Positions 24,684 to 38,857 of a stretch of 64,000 bases of DNA are shown here, one piece after another. Source of the stretch: Fistulifera solaris (taxonomy: Eukaryota); assembly GCA_030295235.1 (NCBI GenBank), contig AP026153.1, positions 558,001 to 622,000 of the forward strand, in the 5' to 3' direction. Position 1 is the stretch's first letter; every line of letters begins with the position of its first letter. A model generated the notes under the pieces. That model saw nothing but the letters and a program-made list of their open reading frames with translations, was not told the DNA's origin and did no database searches. A program made the translations under genes and the position numbers.

Positions 24684-24831
24684 AAGGTCCATTGATTTCG
24701 ATTGAATGCTTAGACGCTGAGTCGCTTTTCGCTTTCCTATTTCTATTATGCATGACTACAAGACTACTCGTTACATACAACATGGCTTTATATTTGTCAG
24801 CGCTATAAATACTCTTTTTATGGTGCGTTTC

Positions 24832-27800
24832 TCATGGAGCCCGATCGAATACGCCAACACCACCAGCGCGAGTGATCCGCCCATCATAGTCTGATAACGG
24901 TGCTCCTCCAGCAACGCGCATACCGCTACTATCGAGCGAGACCGATGATCCGTACTCGCGTAGAGGTTGGCCACCTATTTGGCTTCCAATCTGCCCCCAA
25001 GAGCCAAGAGCTTCGTCGAACTCAAACACTCGAATACTGCCACTACCTTCACCGAAGTCATCATTCAACGGGACACCAACCGCGACAACATTGCCATCGC
25101 CTGATAACGCGATGCTTGCCCCGAACCCTTCTCCTTCGGTCTGTCCACGAATGCGGTTTCCTATCTGAACCCAACTCCCACTTTCTTCTTTCAACAAAGT
25201 GACATATCCGGGCGACTCGTAAAAGGTGCCGCGTGCACCTATTGCTAGCACTTTACCATCGCGCGAGAAATCTAGAGATTCGCCATAGCGATTGAGTGTG
25301 CCCTCGCCCTCTAAGCTCTCGCCGACCTGTTTCCAAGAGGTTCCTGTCCACTCCACAACACGAACTCTTCCTGTGAAATCACCAAACACTGGAGATCCAA
25401 TGGCAACTCTGATTCCATCGCTGTTGACGACCGACACGGACCAACCGGAGAACTGATTTTGGTCACCTCCCATGATGGGCTCACCTAGTCGGGCCCAAGC
25501 ACTTTCGTTCTTTTGATAAACGTAAACGGCCCCAGTTTGTTGTAGATTCTTTGAATGCGAACGGGGTGCGCCGATGGCTAAGATGCTGCCGTCCTCGGAA
25601 AGATCAACCGAGTATCCGAACCAAGCGGAGTCTGTCTGATTACTAGCGAGCTGAACATCGAAATCGATTGTGTTGGCCGCATCGTTTTCTTTGTAAAGCA
25701 TGACGACGCCATTCATGTAATCGGGGTAACCAACGGCGATGTACACTGGTTCTGTCGACATGGTAAGCGATGCAAATGTAGACGTTTGCTCCCCAGGTCC
25801 CTTAATGTTCTCGGAAGTTAGGCCCCACTCCGTTCCGTTGAGTCCTGCTTGTTCTGTGAAGAAAAAGAGTGCTCCGACGTTATTGATTAATCCATCGTCT
25901 CGGCCTGGTGCAACTACTGCCATTTTCTTGCCGTCACGAGTTATGTCTATTGCTTTTCCAAACTGAGTACCTGCCTCTTCGCTAGGAATAAACACAGTTG
26001 AACCTGCAGTCACCCACCCCTCGACGGTCGGAATAGGTTTCTCGCCAGTGACATTGGAAAGACGCTCGAGGACGCTGATGGTAACGAGTGCAACCGCGCA
26101 GATGGCGAGCATGCAGATAACATATTGCATCGTTCGTAAGCGACGCAAAGTCTTCTTGTCAAGCTCGTCATCATTTTCGATGACAGCGCCTTCGACTGTT
26201 ACGGCAGCTTCGGCAAGCGTTGCTTCAAAAGGATTGACTTCTCCCATGCCCTCGTCGGGTGCCTGCTCTTCAGGATCTTCTTGCGCGAAATGGTCGTGTT
26301 CCATGTTGTAATCTGTCGTGACGCTTTGGATGTCGGCCGATACATATCCATCGTCGTTTTCGTGATCCATTCCTGTGATAGCGAAAGCACCAGGGAAAAT
26401 AACTGGAAGTCCGACTTGGGCCTCAATTTCTTCATTGGAGTGCACAGAAGCATCTTCGTGGCGTTGTAGATCGTACGCCGAGTCGCATGGATTAGTCGTT
26501 GGCTCGGAGATGATTGCAGAGTAACTGGTGAATGCCTCAGCTGGCGAAGCGTCGAGCGAAGAAGCTTGCTCGGAAACACGTACGGACAATTGCTGTTCGA
26601 GTCCATCTCTCAAATAGGATCGGAAGTTTTTGTCTTGATAAAGGTTGCCTTCATCACTTAAAGCACTTGTTGTGGAGCCTTCCTCTAGTCCATTTCGATT
26701 CATTGCCGACCGACTCGACGTTACGGTGGGAAAACGCCCACAACCATCCGGTGACCACTCGGAACCAGACGTTTCGCTAGCATCTGGATCTTGAGAAGTT
26801 CCTCTCGCCCAATCAAACAGTTGCCCCGCCACTGCTCTCTTTTCTCGCATCATACGGTCGTGATCTTCCGCCGCACTTTGCTGTCTGGCATCTTTCGTTG
26901 GAGGGGCCGCGGTCGATGGTAGAAACGACTCGCGAACTCTCTGCTTGGCCATGCTATCTTCTTCATTGGATCCCACTGAAGTCGCTTTCGAGGAATCCAT
27001 ACTTCGCTGCGAACACAATTGACTATTCTGACTGGGCATCCAAGCAACACCCGGTCGACTGGCGACACCCGCGGCTGCCGCACGATTCAATCTGCCTTGA
27101 CGCTTTTCGTCCACCGTATCCGCCAAACTCGCATCTTCCCGAGCCATTGAACCAGCCACCGATGTCTCAAACGGCAAAGCCTTGTGTGTAGATTTCTTGC
27201 GATTGTCTTGTAGAACCGTGGATTGCGTGCTGTGCACACTCGTCGACCACTGCGACGTGGCACTGGAGGTTCGCGCCACACCCGGTCGACTGGCGAGAGC
27301 CGCAACCCGCCGCGCCTTTTCTTGATTCTTGGCTCGCATCATATCGTCGGTAGTAGTGCTAATGGTAGACAGGCGTTGTTGTCGCAGTCCTCGTGACATT
27401 TCGTTCTTGATGCGTGTTTTTCGAGCATCATGATTTCGTGGGCCGATAGTTTTCCGTCTTCTTGCTGAGACGCGCTGGGTGCTGCTTCTCCCGGTGAAAG
27501 TTGGAGCGACACGTTTTTTGGCAAAGACAAGTTGGTTGGGTTATGCTCTATCATTTGCTGCAAACGATCGTGCAAGACAGCTTGATGATTCGACGCTGCT
27601 TCGGTGGCTGTTAGGAAAGATATTTCATCCATCCTTGCCTGCATGACATTCCTCGATGCGGTCTTTTGATCTGTAGCCTCGATAGGAGGTGATTTCCAGT
27701 TCCGCGGCACGGGTTCTCGTAAGGTAGAAGGATTCCCGCGACTCTGTTGCATTAAACGTTTTTCCTTCATCATGAGCTCATGATCGGTCAGGCGGGCCGT

Positions 27801-27869
27801 TGTTGCGGCGGCTGCGACGCTTTCCTCCGTTTCGTCCTTGATTGTTTCTTCGTTTCGTTTATCGCTCAT
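24832..27869 (-). CDS. Single-pass membrane protein with C-terminal FG-GAP (integrin-alpha-like beta-propeller) repeats; probable frameshift near 27400
   Basis: Long disordered N-terminus with PGA(F/V)A motifs, a TM segment (YVICMLAICAVALVTISVL), and about 7 repeats of FG.S..LS.DG..LAIGAP. Confidence 0.8.
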
Positions 27870-28826
27870 GTTGTATTTCTGTACCTTAAGAAGAAACTGT
27901 TAGTCAAGACAACATCCACAAGGGAGTCAAGGAACAGGCACGATACTTGCTTTTGTAGTTCTTTTCCTTCCCCGCTTACGATTTCTTATCGTTACGCACC
28001 TTTGTATTTTCTTCGGTCTGGTTATTTCAGCAAATGCAAGGCTATCAACTGTCAAGGATAGGACGAACTAAGAAAGGAATGACAATGATGCTGTTGTTGT
28101 GGATGCTTTTTTTCTTTTGTAACGCGTTCGTTTTGCGAGGAGAAAAAAAGAGCGTCTTGTTTTTCTCACTTCATTCGGGAACAGACGTACCGAGAACGGA
28201 CCATTCTTACGAATTCCTCTGTAGACGTAGTACTTAATTCGTGAATACTACTTCGTCGTTCGACCAAGTGCCTCTGCGCGAAAGACGCGCGCCCAAATGC
28301 CGGTCTATAACTATAACCTATAACCCCTACTTAATAACCACGACTTCAATTCAGTCATAAATCCAATTTCGACAAGGACAAGCTTGCATAAAATGCCATT
28401 TCACTATAGTCCAAAGAGTTAGTTCAAGGAAACCACGACTGCATTTCAGTCATGAACAAATTTTGCGAAATTCAAGCATGAGGTCAAACGATCCGATATC
28501 CGTCCTTTCTCCTGATGCCCTACAATCTCAAAATGACAGGTTTGGATTATAAGCAGCATTTATAATGCACAGAATAACTCCATTCGTCGAATATTCCTGC
28601 GGATCAAATCTTTGCATTTTACTATAGTCCAAAGAGTTAATTTATTGCGACTACGAATTAGTCTTTCTGTGTCCGAGCGGTGATGGCTTGATGCGAAAGA
28701 TACGAAAACGCCGAGATCCACAACAAGAACTTCTTTGGAGGCGATGTTCCGAGAACAAACATTAAACAAACTTGTCGTCTCAATCATTCATTGTATTCTA
28801 ATGTAAAGTACACAATAATTATTACC

Positions 28827-30304
28827 ATGACAAGCAGCAACAACACTGACAGAAAAGAGATTGACAGCGACGACTTTCATTTGTGGCAAGAAGCTGGGAA
28901 ACTCGTTCACATTTCTCTGCCTTCGGTGATTACCCAATTCAATCTTTACTTTATTTTTTCGCAATCGGCGTCTACCGTCGGACGGATGTTGGGAACGGCC
29001 GAATTGGCGGCATTTTCGTTGGGAAGTTTGGTCGGAAATTTGACCTGTTTGTCCGTCTTGGTGGGAGCCTTATCGGCTCTCGATACATTGTTGCCGCGCG
29101 CGTACGGTCAACAACACTATCGCGAATTGGGGCGCTTGTCGTTGCGCGCCATTGTGGCGTGTTGTGTGTTACTCGCGCCGGCTCTCATCGCCTTGTCGCA
29201 AACTGATTTCATGGAATTTCTGTTCGTGCAAATTGGAAAACAAGATGCGACCGTCGCCACATTGGCGGCACAGACGTGGATTCCCATTTTCTTATGGGGT
29301 GTGCCGGCCAATTTGCTCTTTCGTGTGGGACAACGATTTTTGGTCGCCCAACATCAACCGTGGCCGCCGACCTACGCGAGTCTCGTACCAACGTTACTGC
29401 TGCATCCCTTCTTTTGAAAGGACTCATTCCACTCTATGGCCTGTCCGGATCGGCGTACGCCATAGTCTTGACGCAATGGAGTACGTTACTGCTTTTAATA
29501 CTTTTCATGACATTGAATCCAACGCATCAACCCGAACCACTGCCAGCACTATTTTCACTGGCGTATTGGCAAGAATCACTCGCACTGGAACCCTTGGGAC
29601 AGTTCTTGCATTTGAGTGTCGGAGGTGTCGTCAGTTTGTCGGAATGGTGGTTTTGGGAGATCATGTGTTTTACCGCGGGTTCCTTTGGTGTGGTGGCCTT
29701 GTGTGCGCACACGATTGCGTACAACCTCATTCCCTTGTCGTTCATGATTGTACTGGGAACGCAGATTGGACTGTCGGTGCGTATGGGGACCTTGTTGGCG
29801 ACGCAACAGATCGATCATGCCAAGAAATTAGCAACTTGGACGATGGGAGTGATTGCGTGTACGGGCGTCGTGGCGGGTTGGGTACTGCACAGTTTGCGCC
29901 GGAACATTGTGTTGGTGTTTTCGAAAGATCCAGAGGTCATGGAAGTTACATTGGCCATTTGGCCCAAAGTGTGCTACTATATCTTTGTCTTGTTTATATT
30001 CGGAATCAATTCCGCAATTTTGCGGACACTGGGAATGCAGTGGCAAATGGCGGTGGTAGTTTTTACCTCCTTGTGGTGCTTCGCGCTGCCTCTCGTGTTA
30101 TACTTTGCCGTTTACCGAGGAGGTGGACTCGACGAACAGTGGGCTATCTTACCCATTGTTTACACGCTCATGCAAGTCTGGTTGGTGTTCACGTACGGCA
30201 CAAAGGATTGGAAACAACAAAGTGCACAGATTCAGCGCGTACGGACAGAAGGTGAATCGGTAACGAACGAACAATCCAAGCTTCTCGCCGGAATCGATTG
30301 CTAG
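28827..30304 (+). CDS. MATE efflux transporter; probable frameshift near 29415
   Basis: VGRMLGTAELAAFSLG, ALDTL...AYG, EWWFWE, SVRMGTLL, multiple TM segments. Confidence 0.9.
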
Positions 30305-30453
30305 TCTGCCTTACTGTTCATTTGGAAGTTTGGCCACTCATCGTCAACGAAAATCGTGTCATGCTCAAGTAAAAAATGATTACAGAAGTGTTTGAAATCT
30401 TGCGAAGAATAACAATTGATTAATAGAATTGATGGATTGAATTGCTACAAACC

Positions 30454-32955
30454 TTACGGAGTAAAATCGATCCCAATCAATACAGGGCTGTGATCCGAGT
30501 TGCGGGCAGCGTTGGATCCGTCAAAGTAAGTTGCGAGGCGTCCAAAGTCCAAGTTATAATCCAAGGCATCCGGTTCATCTTCATTGATGTGCCATTTCTT
30601 GGCATCCACAACCAAAGGGGCAAGTGCGGCATTCACAAAGACGTAATCAAGAGTACCAATCATGCCGTCGAAAACGTAACTGTACTGAATTTCCGGGTTG
30701 ACGAAGATTTCACGGAACTTGGCGTTAGGATTAAACGTCGTGTCAGTCAGATATCGAACGGGATCTTCCTTGGCATAGGAATTCAAGTCACCCACAATGG
30801 CAATGTTCTCACAGGCAGATCCAGTAGGATCCGTATCGAGCCACTGATCCAATGCCTTGGCAGCCAACAACCGACGGTTATTGAAACTAGCAGCACCGTC
30901 GTTTTGATCTGCGTCGGCACCGGTTCCGGTTCCACCTTTGGACTTGAAGTGATTATTGGCAATGGTAATACAATTTGCACTGCCAATAATCGTAAATGTA
31001 GCCGCCAACGATGCGCGATTCGTACTGGGACCGTCAAAGAGTGTACCGCTGGAGTCTTGATTCAAAAGGTTGCCGTCCAACGACTCGACAACGGCGTCAT
31101 TCAAAATTGCCACACCATCTACCATAATGCTCGTCTTCTGAATGAATCCATTGGAGATCGCATCGCTGCTATCGACATATTGTTGACCAGGATCGACCCA
31201 GTCGTAGGTTCCCGATGCTGTGGCACTGTTCAACGCGTCGGTCAAGAATTCTAAAGCGTTGCCGGGGGATCCTGGTAGAAAATCATTCTCGATTTCAATC
31301 AAGGCGAAAATGTCAGCATCCATTTCCAGTAAAGTAGTGACGAGCTTTTCCAGCTGTCGATCAAATTCAGTTTGACTATCGGCTCCGCGGGGGTCGTTTC
31401 CATTTGATGTTTTGGCGGTTCCAATATCTAATGTCGTGAAGAAATTGAGAACGTTCAAAGTGGCAATTTTGAGATCTCCATTCAAAGCCGGGGCAAGAGG
31501 ACGAGGATTCTCCGATACAAATGATACAGTTCCATCCGCTGTACTGATGAGACGATACAGCGAAAAGGAATAGTAAAGAACTCCAGTCAACGACGTAACA
31601 CTGTCTCCCATGCGAATGGGTGTGACGGGCCAGTTCTGGAATCCATCCAAGAGACGAATGTCATTGTTCTGCGTTGCCAAACCATCATCGTACGTGATGG
31701 TGCTGCGGTCAACAAGATCAAGATAATCGGCGTAACCTTGGGTATTGGGTACGTTCTGCTGCGTGTACTGATAGAAGCGTTCACTCGCCAGTTTGATCTC
31801 ATTGAAACGATCGAGTTGGAACATCTCCGTGATCACCAGCTTGTTACTGACTGTCACAAGCATACCTTCGAATGGTTCTAGGTCGGGGTTGTTCCCATTC
31901 GAGGCTGCAAGAGGCAGTGTGATGGTAGCCGCCGTAGGAAGAGGATTCCCGCTCGAGACCACCGTAATACTGCTGACATCGCTAATCTGCGTATTACCAA
32001 AGGCTTCGCCGGCTGTCCCGACCACAATCACTTCATCACCCACGCTGACATCTGTCAACAAAGTCGGATCGTACACAAAGACACCTTCCGAAGTGAGAGG
32101 ATCATTATCCGCGTCCGCGTCTTCTTCTTGTACGAAAAATCCTGCCAAATTTCGCTTAATATCACTATCACCATCTTGAAAATCACCAACAACGATACCT
32201 TGAATCGTCACGACAACGCCATTGAGGGGTGTCGATGCCCCACTTCCTTGTACGGCTGAAATCAGGGTAATGTCGGGATCCGATCCTACATTTGGCGCAC
32301 AACCCTTAAAATCATAGATCGAATTGCACAAGGTGTTGGTAGTGCAACCATCGAGGGCATTCTTGCCACTCACCGTCCATTCCGCCTGGTTAAAAGTGAC
32401 GGACGGTGTCGAAGCCGTGCTCACATTCTTGCGTTTGATCCAGCCATCGAGATATTCCCAAGTTTGGCCCGTACCATCGACGCCGATCTTACCAATTGTA
32501 TCAATCACAACTCCGTTTTTGCGTAGCAAATAAGCATCGTCACCATTTCCGAGAGACGCGGAGGTGAGATAATCCGGCGTGCAACTGAAATAGCTGGAAA
32601 ATCCGGCTTCTCCGTTATTCGCGGTAGCCGCCACGTAGATGTAGGTCCCTTGCGGTACCGAATCGGCTGGAAACGTGTAAACGGCAGTCCCCGTCGAAGC
32701 ACCGTTGTAGCCGACGGCTACGGTGTAACTGCTGAGGTCGGCAACGTTGGTGGTTGCGAACAACTCGACGAATTTAGGATTTCCTCCAAAGAGAGGGCCA
32801 TCCATGGCGCCCGTCAAGATGAGTTCGGCCTTTTGAATGGTAAGGAAAGAAAGCATACATGAGATTCAGGAAAACTGAAAAGAACTCCTCTCTTATCGCT
32901 GGCCTACCTTATTTGAAACGGCCAAGTTAAACAGAAACAGAATGAAAAGCATCAT
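30454..32955 (-). CDS. Secreted ExeM/NucH-like extracellular nuclease (lamin-tail-like + OB-fold + EEP domains); intron 32830-32907
   Basis: Signal-peptide exon MMLFILFLFNLAVSNK splices in frame to AELILTG. Motifs GFFVQEED...TSEGVFVY, LEPFEGMLV, NVLNFF, EIEN, NHFKSKG, GDLNSY, DY, SDHSP. Confidence 0.9.
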
Positions 32956-33348
32956 GGTTCACGTTTTCAACTGATATATTCTTGACAGAAGCGACGGCGA
33001 AAATCAAGGAGGATATCGATGAGATTCTGAAATGAAGCAAGCTGGACATGTTATCTTATATCGATTGCACTTTGCATGAATCCTTATAAAGTCGATGAAT
33101 CTTTGTTGAGATTCGATATTAGCGCTGATTGTTTTTTTTGTCTCCATGATCACGTCTCGTCAGAAACACAACGGTAGTTTGTATAATGTGCGAGTCTTTG
33201 AACTGCACCCTCATACCGGACTGTTCTAATTACAATCGGAGTAGGTTAGATTGCAATTACAAATGATAAACTAGCTAGTCTAGTTCAGGCCTCACAGATT
33301 CATTTGAAGAATGTTGGCTTCGTCACGCCGCACGCCGCAATGGCGGAG

Positions 33349-34242
33349 TAAGGACGTACCTGGTATAAAAATGTAAGGACGCTGGGCGCACGCACAAGCT
33401 CCGTGATAGATCCGTGTCACCCTGCCTGAGCGCTGAATCGCAGTCTGTTATCACACCGTTTTTTTGCCCATGTTATTTTTCGTACATGCGATAATTTCCG
33501 GACCCCAGTGGAGAAAACGAGCCTTCATTTACGTGAAAAAGCGCGCAATTTGGACCACAACAGAAACGATCTCTTTTGATCGAAATATGTATTGTTATTG
33601 TTATCTTTTAATCTACAAAGCTTCTATAGTCACTAGTTGAGGACAATGGAGAGGTCCGGTCGGAAAATACTTCTGTGGTCGACCGAAAAGGTTACAATTG
33701 AACAGTGCCTTCTCAACAATTCTCCAGCCCCGACCATGGGCAAGGTTCACACAACCAGCGGAACCGGTAAATGGCGATGGAGTTGATTAAACTGACAATA
33801 TAGCTTTTAAACTTCATTTTCCTATTAAAATATACAGGAGTTTATCCCCAGACGATTCAATAAGTGCATTTATAAAGGTAGGAGTGCATGCAATAACAGC
33901 CAAATTTCCTTAATGAGCCGCTATTTCATTGATTCCTGGAACAACAAGCATACCACAACATTCCAATATTATTTAAAGTAGATTAAAACAAAAATTAGAT
34001 TCAAAGATAGTTGAGAATCAATATAAAATAGTCGAATACAATATGGTCGGTTGCACGTGTTATTTCACGTAATGAAGATGCGTTTTCTCCTCCTCAGGTC
34101 CGGTAATTATCGCATGTACAAAAAATCAAGACGGGCTGTAGAAATGTACTAAAAAACGGTGTCATGACGGACTGGGATTCAGCGCTCAGGGTGTCAAAAC
34201 CTCCAGAAACGCTCCACGTCCTTACATTTTTATACGTCCTTA
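33349..34242. mobile_element. Non-autonomous DNA transposon, 894 bp, with ~200-bp imperfect TIRs and an 8-bp TSD
   Basis: Ends TAAGGACGTA...TACGTCCTTA; TGGCGGAG at both 33341-33348 and 34243-34250. Inverted similarity between 33349-33550 and 34050-34242; AT-rich core. Confidence 0.85.
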
Positions 34243-34274
34243 TGGCGGAGGAGAATGAAAAAAATGAAAAAGGT

Positions 34275-34995
34275 ATACAGATGCATTGTTACGAGTGTCT
34301 ACGCGAATTACACGTAGGCCCCCGTAGGGAAATTTATCGACAGAGGGGGCACCCGGATATTGTTCAATTCGACATCCTCCATTTTTTGAGTATGCCTGAC
34401 CGCAATGTCATGAAATACCCTGACATAGCATCAACCATTCTCACTGGTGAACAATAATTACAATCAGTTTGAAATCAAAGAGAAGAAAAGAGCGAAGATA
34501 CAATGGCTCGAATGTCTACGACGAATTCACGTAGGCCTCGTAGGAATTTTATCGATGCAGGTAGTAATTGGAACTCACTCATCGAATTCGGTCTCAATTA
34601 AATTCGGGTCCGCCGTCGACAAAGTTCGTTTCAACATACGCTGCATACATGCAAAGATCCCTTTACAAGAATGGACGTTGATTTAAGCAGAAAACATGAA
34701 AAGACAACAGATGCAGTGTTGCGAGTGTCTACGTGAATTTCACGTAGGCCCCCGTAGGGAAATATTTATCGACAGAGGGATACCCGGATTTAATCCAATT
34801 CGACATCATCCAATTTTTCGAGTATGCCTTACGGCAATGTCATGATATACTGACATGAAATCCACCTTTAGCACTAGTAAACGATGATTACAATCAATTA
34901 AATCAAAAGGTAGAAAAGAACGAAAATACAACGCTTCGAATGTCCACGACCAATTCACGTTGGCCACGTAGGAATTTTATCGATGCAGGTAAAAA
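34275..34995. repeat. Dispersed/tandem repeat family: ~430-bp dimer of ~215-bp subunits carrying a GTCTACGTGA-ATT-TCACGTAGGC palindrome
   Basis: GTCTACG...CACGTAGGC variants at ~34297, 34514, 34727 and 34942; 34280-34475 is repeated at 34710-34905. Confidence 0.85.
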
Positions 34996-35531
34996 TTCGA
35001 TATGCGGCCCCATCAATCTATGGAGGCCGGATATGCCAATGACGACTACGAATTGATGATCGATAGTAATTCTATTGCAGTGAAAGTTGAAAGCAACCTC
35101 TCTATTAGACGACGGCGAGCCTCTAGAAGCCGGGCGCCAGACGTCTAGAAATTCCAAAAACGCTACGCCGTATATCCATAGTTTCCGACTGTCGTACGTG
35201 CGTGGATCGTGAAGGATGTTTTTCGTTTCTGTCACAAAATTTGTCCTTCCGAATGTCCAGTGTCCAGTACTGGTACGAATTTATCACGACACTACTAAAA
35301 AGTGTAACCTACATCAATGGCCATAGTCATGGTTCAATGTTCAACTACACTTTACCCCTCACTCGATCCGTCGCTTTCTGCTTCCTTCGCTCTTCGCTGT
35401 TTCCTTTTCCATTCATCCGCAAAAGGCAAAAGACTGTTGCTTTTCATTTTGACGTCCTCGCTGCTTGTTTATTATTCATCGTGTTTGATTGTTTTTGTAT
35501 ATATAATCGTGTTTGTAAATAGTAAAAGGCC

Positions 35532-37017
35532 ATGTTCAAAGTAAAGCGAAGAATACGATCCATTCGAGAAAAGAAGCAATCAAAAACGAGCCAGGAATTA
35601 GTGACAGATCCATCCAACAGTGCCGTGACACCGCAACGCGGCATTTTGAAATCCGATAACTCTTGTCGGAGCAGTCAATCACCCAATTCCTTGTCGATAT
35701 GGGCCAGCAATTCGAGTCCGAGTGCCAGTGCTGCCGAAGAAGCTCCCATTCACACATCCGCGCGGAGCGTCGGTAGCGTCGAACAACGCCAGCTTCCTAT
35801 CGAGAAACCTCGACGAGTCCATTTTGATAGCGTACGGATCCGTGAATACGAACGAACACTCGGTGATAATCCTTCCTGCTCCAGTGGAGCTCCTATTACG
35901 TAAGTGGAGTAAATGCTTTTAGCAGCATGCATATCTTATACTCAATCCGATCATCAATTTCTTTCTCTCTCCCTCCTTCACAGACTGGGATGGTCGCACG
36001 GAAAGGAAAGTAAGGTGAATATCAATGATTACGAATCAGTCCGACAGAGGCGGCGGAATCAAAGAGAACTTACCCTCTCGAGAATGGCGAGGGAGGAATT
36101 ACTGCTGGAATGGGGAGCGACATTTAACGAAATTATTGAGGCAATACGGACGAATGTGAAAATAAAGCACCAGCGAAGACGTACCGTAAATTCCATAGGG
36201 ACATACGACAAATTAGAAGAGGCAATGGAGCGAGCTGGACGAAAATTAAAGAAAACACTGCTGCCGCAGAAAGGATCCGGATCACAACAGAGGAGAAACA
36301 ATTCCGATTCGAAATACGCTCAGTCGTCGGCGTCGGATTCCCCCGTGTCGTCCATATCGTCCGAACCCGTCACAGGTCATACAACCGCCATTGCGAACGC
36401 ATCCGATGATTCGTCACAAACCAGTATCCGTCGGTCGAATCATAAAACAGAACAAATCAGAGAAATAACGGTCGAAGGGTTACATGGTGATGAACCCGCA
36501 TCGAACGCAGTCCCTATTATAGTATCGCGTGAATCGTTCGCGTCGTCACGACCGATTCCTACGATTGAAATACCCGCCGCGGCATCGTGTGCCAGTGCCA
36601 TGTCGGTGTTGGAAGATGATTTTGACGAAGATGGATATGATGATTTTGAAGATTTACTGGATCCGTATATCACGGAGGAGGGTGACCGGATGTATCCATC
36701 GGAAATCCATTTAGGTGGTGACTATGACTTGGAAACACTCACGGACAGTTACGCTGGCTATTCGATGCACACAGCCGAGGGGCTTTGAGACGCTGACGCG
36801 TGACCAATCTCACTGGAGAGTCGAAGCGGGGTCAACAAATTCGGGACCGAAAGTCAAGCCTGTGTTCAATCCCATTACAATTTACGAAGATGGTCCGGAC
36901 GATCCGGGTCAATATCCAGTACCTGTCAATTATCCATCGGTGGAAATGTGGCAACGATCAGGCTTTCAAATGCAACCTCCTCCTCAATCTTCGTCGTTCA
37001 TTTCGCGCTGGGAGTGA
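35532..37017 (+). CDS. 'V.F..V.IREY.R..GDNPSC..G.PI.LGW' family protein, paralog 1; intron 35900-35983; probable frameshift near 36785
   Basis: RVHFDSVRIREYERTLGDNPSCSSGAPIT splices to LGW; followed by R...LLEWG...KIK.QRRRTV. Confidence 0.8.
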
Positions 37018-37737
37018 AATAGAGGCTTGTTTTTGGGTTTTTGACGACTGTCAGGTAGCTGTATCATAGAATGCTAATAGTAGAATGAATTCCTCTAGCT
37101 ATGGTTACCTATGAGTATATGAGAAATTGTTTCTGCACTTTTTTAAATCTAACAACAAATGTCTAGTCTATTTGCTCTTGACCAGCTAAAGCTATGTTGC
37201 TAAGAGACTCGACACGAAACGTCTTCATTTGGTCGTTCAGTCTTTTGCTAGGGAGCTGAGCGAGGTGTCGACTAGCTAGGTGCGTGCAATTTGACCGAAA
37301 CCTTACGACTTACGACGACGCGCGAAAGAATGATGGCCACTCGCGCCAAGCGCCACGCACCACGAAATTTCAAGCCCTTGCGTCAATTGACTATCAAGTC
37401 AATCTGTACACAGAACACGTACGGCCGGACTTTTTCCCACCAATGAATGCCGTGTGAAAGTTCCGAAACGATGACGGAGGATTGAGAATGTCTGAGCAGG
37501 CAGCACTCTGGATAAAAAAAGTAGGGGGTATCCGCCGCGGCACATGCTCGTTGCTTTTGTTGCAAAATGTAAAGCAGAAAGGATCGCTTTTGCTGTATTG
37601 ATTGTATTCACCATTGATTTGTTGTTGAATACAATTCTCATTTGAAGCACACTTGTCATTAGTCATCTCATTTTAGACTAGTTTTACCCGTCATAAGCCA
37701 CAGCAACGGCAAATATTCCACTTCCGCTATCGTTACA

Positions 37738-38418
37738 ATGAATAAGCTTCGTTGCACTGACATTGTAACCACACTCAATCCGCAAAAGGACGACGCTACA
37801 ATCGAGGAAACATCGACTTGCACATCGTTAGACGATTCTTTATCTTCGGGGCAAAGCAACAGCGCGACAAAAAGCATTGATACACCCAGTAGCACAGCAT
37901 TACCCGAAGGACCTCTCATTATGAAACTCGACAACAAGGGCCTCGAACGAAAAGTTTCTTTCAAGCAGGTTCATGTCAAAGAATTTGACCGAATTATTGG
38001 AGATAATCCTTCCTGTTCTTTCGGTGTTCCTATATCGTAAGTATTGGAGAGTGTTGTCAAGCAGAGTGCTTTCTATCGTCGTGTCTCACGCCATTCTCGC
38101 ACGCACACACACAGAATTGGCTGGACCGTCGAAAACGAATCAGAAATTGATATGGAAGAATACGAGTCGTTTCGAGTCCAGCATCGTCGAAGTAAATTAG
38201 AAATGTTGTTGCCGAAAGAAACACGGGAAGTCTTGTTGATGGATTGGGGATGTTCGACGGAAGACATGTCCCAAGCCGTGAAAGAAAAAGTCAAAATCAA
38301 GAATCAACGAAACTTTACCGTCGCGAAACTCGGACCCATTGATTCCTTGGAAGAGTTGATGGAACGAGCCAATCGCAAGATGAAAAAGATGTTTCGAAGG
38401 CGTCAGGTAGTCTCATAG
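37738..38418 (+). CDS. GDNPSC family paralog 2; intron 38037-38114
   Basis: KVSFKQVHVKEFDRIIGDNPSCSFGVPIS splices to IGW. Confidence 0.8.
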
Positions 38419-38857
38419 TTTGCTCCAGAAGACTATATTCGGAGTCGTCGGCTTTTTATCGGAAGGACCTGTTTCCTATTTTTCACTTTTGCATCCTTGA
38501 CATGACAGCTCTGTTCTATGATTGAGTTACTTTTTTACTCCCTGTTTGCCATCACTGGTTGATGGCCCATTTTAATTGAAATTTCTGCATAATACTCTAT
38601 AGTTTCCTTTTTACTGGTTCATCAACAAACAGTTACTGCTTAGGCCCGTTCTTATCTTTTGCGATGGCTTGATTCGAATACATCCTACTGTACATGCTAC
38701 AAAGAACGCTGCTCGTATAATACATCGTAATAACAAAATTCTAAAACTGTTTCATAAATGATGTGCGTTACCCAAAATGGGGCGTCCCGACAAACCATCT
38801 TCCAAAAAAGGGAACCACCCGCGAGGTTTCTGGTTAACCGACCTTTCGTTCGTTCTG

